Shown here in pieces: positions 26,987-32,000 of a stretch of DNA of 32,000 bases. The notes beneath the pieces were generated by a model that worked only from the letters and a program-made list of their open reading frames with translations, did not search any database and was not told the origin of the DNA. How positions within the stretch are numbered: position 1 is the stretch's first letter; each line of letters starts with the position of its first letter. Made by a program: the position numbers and the translations under genes. This DNA is from an uncultured archaeon (GTDB lineage: Archaea; Iainarchaeota; Iainarchaeia; Iainarchaeales; Iainarchaeaceae). Location: the NCBI GenBank assembly GCA_964577555.1, contig CAZNZM010000004.1, forward strand, positions 23,200-55,199, read 5' to 3'.

Positions 26987-27337
26987 AAAAAAACAGAAAA
27001 AAATTTAACAAAAAAATGTGACACGACAAAAATAAATACACAAACAAATACGCCAAAAAATCTTTAAAAAAAATAACAAAAAAAATTGGCTCACAAAAAA
27101 AACAACAAAAAAAACAAAACAAAAAAACTGGCGTGACAAAACCAAAAACAAAAAAAACATCTAAAAAATAAATCGACTTGAAAACAAGCAAAAAAAATTA
27201 AAAAAAAATAAAAAAAACAACTTGACAAAAAAAATGGCTCACAAAAAAAAACAATTTGACAAAGCAAATAAAAAAAACACCTAAAGAAAGGGCAAGCAAA
27301 ATTTATAATATTCAAAAACAATTTAATATCTGATTTT
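26987..27337. other. 351-nt extremely A-rich non-coding spacer upstream of locus B, sharing GC-words with 20349-20830
   Basis: The words are ttggctcac (27087), ctggcgtgac (27129) and atggctcac (27235). The string aaaaaaaacatctaaaaaataaat resembles aaaaaaatgtctaaaaaacaaat at ~20655. Confidence 0.6.
27301..27310 (+). promoter_or_regulatory. TATA box (atttataata) for the locus B operon
   Basis: It is centred ~32 nt upstream of the ATG at 27338. Confidence 0.4.
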
Positions 27338-29077
27338 ATGCCAAACTACATGGACGAACTATTCGAAAAAATAAAAGCAAAAAACCAGCCAAAACAAGAC
27401 AAAGAACAAAAAAACAAGGAAACACAAGAAACCACGCCAAAACAACCACAAGAAGAGCAAAAAACAAAAATTACAATTGAAATACCATACACCAACACAA
27501 AAAAAGAAAACCAAGAAAAACAAAACCCAAGCATTGAAAACCAAAAAACACAACCAAGCCAAAACACTAACGAACCAAAAAACTACGAAGAAGACGAAGA
27601 AAACACAATATCAGAAACAGAAAAAAAAATGGACAAAGCAGAAAAAGAACTTATAGAATCAAACCAATACGGAAAAATATTCAAAATACAAGGACAAGAA
27701 ATGCTATACTACCATTCGCCAGTGACAAGACCAACAGGCGGAGAAAGAGCAATAATAAACACCATAAAAGAAGCCGCAACAAGAATAATCACAATAGTGC
27801 CATACAAAATAAGAGACCCAGAACAAAGACGAAACGTATACTTCCAAAAAATAATAGAAATACTCAGAGAATCCCCAGAACTAAGAATACCATCAAACAA
27901 AATAGAATTCTACGCAGAAGCAGTAGTCAGAGAAATGATAGGATACGGAATAATAGACACACTCATCAAAGACCCAATGCTGGAAGAAATAATGGTAATA
28001 GCCCCAAAAACACCAGTATTCGTATTCCACAGAAAATACGGCATGATGCTCACAAACATAGAATTCTATTCGGACAACGAAATACAAGACCTCATAAACA
28101 GAATGGCAAGAACAATAGGAAGAAGAGTAGACATTGCAAGCCCGCTACTTGACGCAAGACTCCTAGACGGAAGCCGCGTAAACGCCACAATACCGCCAGC
28201 CTCAGTAGAAGGCTCAACACTCACAATCAGAAAATTCAGACCAGACCCATACACCATAATAGACCTAATAAACTACAACACAATAAATTCAGAAGCAGCA
28301 GCTTTCCTATGGTTGGCAGTAGAAGGAATGAGAGCAAGACCAGCAAACATACTCATATCAGGAGGCACAGGCTCGGGAAAAACAACACTTCTAAACGTAC
28401 TAGCCGCATTCATACCAGACGCAGAAAGAGTAATATCAATTGAAGACACAGCAGAACTAAAACTCCCGCTAAAACACTGGGTAAGACTAGAAGCAAAACC
28501 ACCAGGATTGGAAGGCACAGGAGAAATAACAATGGACATACTAACAAAAAACGCACTCAGAATGAGGCCGGACAGAATAATAGTAGGCGAAATAAGACAC
28601 GCAGAAGCCTTTGCACTATTCACAGCAATGAACACAGGACACGCGGGAAGCATGGGAACAGTACACGCAAACTCGCCACAAGAAACAATAGTAAGAGTAA
28701 CAAACCCGCCAATGAACGTGCCAGAAGTAATGATGGCAGGACTAAACTTCATAATAATAGAACACAGACTACACGACAAAAAACTCGGCACAATAAGAAG
28801 AATAACAGAAATAGCAGAAGTAACAGGATCACTCGAAGGAAAAACCAAAACAGAACCAATATACCGAAGAGAAGCAGCAACAGATTCTTTAATAAGAACA
28901 AAAGCCCCAATACAATTCTTAAAACAAATAGAAGAAGGAACCGGCTTGACACAAGACCGAATAATGAAAGAACTCAAAGCAAGACAAGAATTCCTAGAAA
29001 ACCTTGCAGAAAAGAAAATAACAAGACTAGAAGACGTGTCAGAAGCAACTGCAAAATTCCTGTTGGAAGAGAGATAA
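27338..29077 (+). CDS. Type II/IV secretion-family ATPase (ArlI/TadA/PilB-like) with a ~97-aa low-complexity K/Q/E/N/T N-terminal extension
   Basis: Motifs: Walker A ILISGGTGSGKTTLLN, VISIEDTAELKLP, Walker B RIIVGEIRHAEA, and His-box GTVHANSP. An alternative start is ATG at 27629 (MDKAEKEL...). Confidence 0.9.
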   Translation: MPNYMDELFEKIKAKNQPKQDKEQKNKETQETTPKQPQEEQKTKITIEIPYTNTKKENQEKQNPSIENQKTQPSQNTNEPKNYEEDEENTISETEKKMDKAEKELIESNQYGKIFKIQGQEMLYYHSPVTRPTGGERAIINTIKEAATRIITIVPYKIRDPEQRRNVYFQKIIEILRESPELRIPSNKIEFYAEAVVREMIGYGIIDTLIKDPMLEEIMVIAPKTPVFVFHRKYGMMLTNIEFYSDNEIQDLINRMARTIGRRVDIASPLLDARLLDGSRVNATIPPASVEGSTLTIRKFRPDPYTIIDLINYNTINSEAAAFLWLAVEGMRARPANILISGGTGSGKTTLLNVLAAFIPDAERVISIEDTAELKLPLKHWVRLEAKPPGLEGTGEITMDILTKNALRMRPDRIIVGEIRHAEAFALFTAMNTGHAGSMGTVHANSPQETIVRVTNPPMNVPEVMMAGLNFIIIEHRLHDKKLGTIRRITEIAEVTGSLEGKTKTEPIYRREAATDSLIRTKAPIQFLKQIEEGTGLTQDRIMKELKARQEFLENLAEKKITRLEDVSEATAKFLLEER

Positions 29078-29079
29078 AA

Positions 29080-30219
29080 ATGACAGACCTAAACAACCTC
29101 AGAGAAAAAATAGAAGAAAAAAAAGAAAAAAAAACAGAACAAGAACAACCAAAAACCGAAGACTACGTTGACACAAACCAAGTGGAAAAAATAGTTGACA
29201 GAATGAAAAAAAAATACAAACAAGAAGGCCTAGAATTTGAAAAAGCAAAAGGAGAATTAGGAGAACTAAGAGACATAATAGCAGAAGGAGAACAAGAAAA
29301 ACTAAGCGTACAAAGAGTAGAAGACCTCCAAGAATTCCAAAACCCAACAATACAATCCCTAGGAAAATTCTACCTCACATTCAAAACACTACTAAACCCA
29401 ATATCAAACTTCTTCTACAAAATGCCAATAGCAAGCGACGTAAGATACTACTTATATTCAGCAAACATGAAAATGTCACTAATACAATGGCTCGCACTAT
29501 CAGTATCAGCCGCCACAATAGCAGGATTCTTTACACTAACAATGGCAACAGCACTAGTACTCACAATAGAAGCACCATGGTTCCTACCACTAATATTAAC
29601 ACCGATAGTAGCAGCATTCACGCTAATAGTAGCACTATTAATACCAAAAAGCAACGCACAAAGAAGAGGCATAGAAATAAGCAGAGAACTGCCATTCGTA
29701 TTAAGACACATGGCAACAGAACTAAAAGCAGGCATAGGACTATACAAATCACTCCAAACAATAGCAGCCTCAGACTACGGAGTACTAAGCGAAGAATTCG
29801 GAAGAACAATAACAGAAATAGAAGAAGGAACAGACGTAAAAGACGCATTAAGACACTTTGCACTCAGAACACAATCAAAAGCACTAAAAAACTCACTATT
29901 CCACGTCATAAGAGCAATGAAAACAGGAGGCAGCCTCTCAGAAATAATGAACATAATAGCAGAAGACGTAAGCTTCGAAATGCAAGTAAAAATAAAAGAC
30001 TTCTCAGAAAAACTAAACTTCTTCGGAGTAATATTCATTTTCGGAGCAATAGTAGTACCAGTATTCATAGCAATAATAGGCGCAATAACAAACGCACCAG
30101 TAAGCCCCGGCGGAATAAACATACCGCCAATAATGCTAATGGTATTTTACATAATAATAATGCCATTCCTATTAGGATTTTTGGCAATTTTCCTAAAAAT
30201 AACACAACCACAGACGTGA
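29080..30219 (+). CDS. T2SS-F-domain membrane protein (TadB-like half of a split platform)
   Basis: RELPFVLRHMATELKAGIGLYKSLQTIAASDYGVLSEEFGRTITEIEEGTDVKDAL plus flanking TM segments. It starts 3 nt after the ATPase stop. Confidence 0.8.
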   Translation: MTDLNNLREKIEEKKEKKTEQEQPKTEDYVDTNQVEKIVDRMKKKYKQEGLEFEKAKGELGELRDIIAEGEQEKLSVQRVEDLQEFQNPTIQSLGKFYLTFKTLLNPISNFFYKMPIASDVRYYLYSANMKMSLIQWLALSVSAATIAGFFTLTMATALVLTIEAPWFLPLILTPIVAAFTLIVALLIPKSNAQRRGIEISRELPFVLRHMATELKAGIGLYKSLQTIAASDYGVLSEEFGRTITEIEEGTDVKDALRHFALRTQSKALKNSLFHVIRAMKTGGSLSEIMNIIAEDVSFEMQVKIKDFSEKLNFFGVIFIFGAIVVPVFIAIIGAITNAPVSPGGINIPPIMLMVFYIIIMPFLLGFLAIFLKITQPQT

Positions 30220-30223
30220 AAAC

Positions 30224-31177
30224 ATGGCACTCCAACTAATAGATACAATACCAATAATAAAAGAAATGAGCATAATGAAAAAATACGCAAGATACTTGCA
30301 CACAGCAGACTTCAGAATAGACCCATTACTATGGATAATTTACTGCTTAGTAGCCGCAACAATAATATCAACAATAATGTTCTTCATAGCAACATACTTC
30401 AACCTAGAACAATCAATAGCAATAGGAATACTCGGCTTCATAGTAATACTTGATTTAGGATTAGGATACCCATACCTAAAAGCAGAACAAAAAATAGAAG
30501 AAATAGAAGAAATACTCCCAGACGCGCTAAGACAAATGGCTGACACACTAAAATCAGGCGGCACATACGAACTCGCAATAAAAGAAGTAGCAACATCAGA
30601 TTATGGCCCATTAAAAGTAGAAATGAACGAAGTACTAAGAAAACTCGAAGAAGGAGAAAACTTTGAAAACTCATTCAAAACACTTGCAAAAAACATTGAC
30701 TCAAGACTAGTAAAAAGAACAGTCACAATAATAACAAACTCAATACAAGCAGGAGCAGGACTATCAAACGTATTAGAACAAATAGCAGAAGACGTAAGAG
30801 CATTCTACAGAATAGCAAAAGAAAGAAAAGCATCAACAGCAATGCAAGTAATATTCATGTTCGTGGCAGGAGCACTAATAGCACCAATGATATTCGGATT
30901 CGTATCAACAATATCAAAAATCCTAATAACATCCTCAGGAATGGCGGCAACAGAAGAAGCAAAAGCAGCAGCAACAGAAGCATCAGTAATAATAAACATG
31001 ACAATACAATTATACATATTCATAGAAACATTCTTTTCAGCACTAATGATATCAATAATGCGCGAAGGAAAGATAAGCAAAACAATTATATATTTCCCAA
31101 TACTTGTTTTAATAGCTTATATCGCCTATTTGGCGGCATCAATATTTTTCAGTGGAATATTAGGGGTAAAAACATGA
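30224..31177 (+). CDS. T2SS-F-domain membrane protein (TadC-like half of a split platform)
   Basis: LPDALRQMADTLKSGGTYELAIKEVATSDYGPLKVEMNEVLRKLEEGENFENSF plus TM segments. Confidence 0.8.
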   Translation: MALQLIDTIPIIKEMSIMKKYARYLHTADFRIDPLLWIIYCLVAATIISTIMFFIATYFNLEQSIAIGILGFIVILDLGLGYPYLKAEQKIEEIEEILPDALRQMADTLKSGGTYELAIKEVATSDYGPLKVEMNEVLRKLEEGENFENSFKTLAKNIDSRLVKRTVTIITNSIQAGAGLSNVLEQIAEDVRAFYRIAKERKASTAMQVIFMFVAGALIAPMIFGFVSTISKILITSSGMAATEEAKAAATEASVIINMTIQLYIFIETFFSALMISIMREGKISKTIIYFPILVLIAYIAYLAASIFFSGILGVKT

Positions 31178-31320
31178 TAAAAGAAGAAAAAGCACAAGGT
31201 TCAACAGAAACACTATTAGCATTAGGATTGGCAGTAGTAGCAGCTGTAACAGTGGGATTTTTTATCAAAAACTACGTAACCGAAAAAATAGCCCCGGAAG
31301 TGGAGGAAAAGATTGATTAA
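31174..31320 (+). CDS. 48-aa mini-pilin with a class III signal peptide (MIKEEKA-QGSTETLLALGLAVVAAVTVGFF...), below the track cutoff
   Basis: Hand translated. It forms an ATGA overlap with the preceding stop. It has Q at +1 and E at +5 relative to the predicted KA|Q cleavage site. Confidence 0.7.
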   Translation: MIKEEKAQGSTETLLALGLAVVAAVTVGFFIKNYVTEKIAPEVEEKID

Positions 31321-31392
31321 GGAGTTTGACTAACTTATACGTAACAAAAATTATTCATTTTAAAAAAGAAAAAAATGGAGGATGATAAAAAA

Positions 31393-31461
31393 ATGAACAC
31401 AAAAGGACAAGGAGCACTAGAATACCTACTACTAATCGGAGGAGCAGTAGTAGTAGCAGCA
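31393..31461 (+). repeat. 69-nt 5' pilin cassette repeated at 31932-32000 with one mismatch (g/c at cassette position 14)
   Basis: I compared the two stretches directly, base by base. Confidence 0.9.
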
Positions 31462-31779
31462 ATAGTAGTAATAATACTCCTACAACTAGGAGGCACAAGC
31501 GGAACCGCAACAACCGCAACAACAATGTCATCAACAGCAACACAACTAGCAACATTAGCAAATTCAACACCAAACTGCGGTGACTTAGTTGGAGATTCTG
31601 GAATAAGCTCAGCATACATGTGGAACAGCAAAGACAAAACATGCTGGATATCAAGCGGAACACACCCAAACTGCACAGCAACAAAAACAAGTGCAACGAC
31701 AGAAACCACATGTTGCTCAGCTGGAGCTGGATGTAGTGCAACAGCTAATAGTGGTGCCCAAAGATATACATTAATTTAA
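31393..31779 (+). CDS. Pilin with a class III signal peptide (MNTKG-QGALEYLLLIGGAVVVAAIVVIILL), T/S-rich, 6 Cys
   Basis: It has Q(+1)/E(+5). The track start at 31375 is less likely, for three reasons. The paralog at 31932 starts with the same MNTK. A TATA-like cattttaaaaaag lies ~31 nt upstream of 31393. A ggagg lies 11 nt upstream. Confidence 0.8.
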   Translation: MNTKGQGALEYLLLIGGAVVVAAIVVIILLQLGGTSGTATTATTMSSTATQLATLANSTPNCGDLVGDSGISSAYMWNSKDKTCWISSGTHPNCTATKTSATTETTCCSAGAGCSATANSGAQRYTLI

Positions 31780-31801
31780 ATTTAAAAACACAAAAAAACC
31801 C

Positions 31802-31835
31802 GAACCTCCTCTTGGAGGTTCACCCTTTAATTTTT
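31802..31835 (+). terminator. Hairpin terminator: gaacctcc-tctt-ggaggttc followed by accctttaattttt
   Basis: It has a perfect 8-bp GC-containing stem and a 4-nt loop, with a T-rich tail. It lies 22 nt after the pilin stop. Confidence 0.7.
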
Positions 31836-31931
31836 AACAAAAAAAAACTATTTCTACAAAAGCAAAAACTATTTAAATACAAAAAAAAGAAGTAATTGTA
31901 AAAAATAAGAAAAAAAAGGCGAACAAAAAAA

Positions 31932-32000
31932 ATGAACACAAAAGCACAAGGAGCACTAGAATACCTACTACTAATCGGAGGAGCAGTAGTAGTAGCAGCA
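31932..32000 (+). CDS. Second pilin paralog (MNTKA-QGALEYLLLIGGAVVVAA...), 3' end beyond the window
   Basis: Its 5' end is near-identical to 31393..31461, and it is open at the window edge. Confidence 0.75.
   Translation, partial: MNTKAQGALEYLLLIGGAVVVAA

Noticed and set aside
26374-27021. Alternative-frame + strand ORFs (26374..27021, 25897..26319, 29487..30239, 19240..19566) rich in R/K/N.
   Set aside because: They are out-of-frame overlaps of thrS, the TadB-like gene and the ATP-cone gene. They are low complexity, whereas the primary frames carry clear family motifs.
27222-27261. Two TTGACA hexamers resembling bacterial -35 boxes.
   Set aside because: The gene content is archaeal. No properly spaced -10 partner is evident, and a TATA box at the expected archaeal distance already explains the promoter.

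Overview
This is an AT-rich archaeal window. RFC small subunit, NreA, CDC48, Lrp/AsnC, an archaeal/eukaryotic-type MtaB and class III (prepilin-type) signal peptides all point to an archaeon; a small-genome DPANN-like lineage is my inference only. I support about 27 protein genes. I recognised no tRNA, rRNA, CRISPR array or mobile element.

Housekeeping genes: cdc48 (partial), a stand-alone NFACT-R protein, two wHTH regulators, topA, an ATP-cone protein, mtaB, rfcS, nreA and thrS. They surround two separate type IV filament (T4F) loci.

- **Locus A (minus strand, 12989 to 3558, plus the divergent gene 13184-15241).** This is the most unusual content. It holds a divergent secretion ATPase with an N-terminal zinc ribbon, a 622-aa platform protein, two helical proteins and a 25-aa TM peptide. 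It also holds six small cysteine-rich pilin-like proteins, a helix-anchored vWA+PKD 'modular pilin' and a 685-aa pilin-like protein with 32 cysteines. No prepilin peptidase is present.
- **Locus B (plus strand, 27338 to window end).** This is a Tad/Epd-like set: an ATPase, a split TadB/TadC-like platform, a 48-aa mini-pilin and tandem pilin paralogs with Q(+1)/E(+5) class III signal peptides.

The + strand is A/C-rich everywhere, whichever strand the gene is on. Synonymous codon choice therefore flips with gene strand, non-coding spacers reach about 70% A, and the ORF track fills with spurious antisense ORFs. All calls come from hand translation and remembered family motifs; no searches were run.
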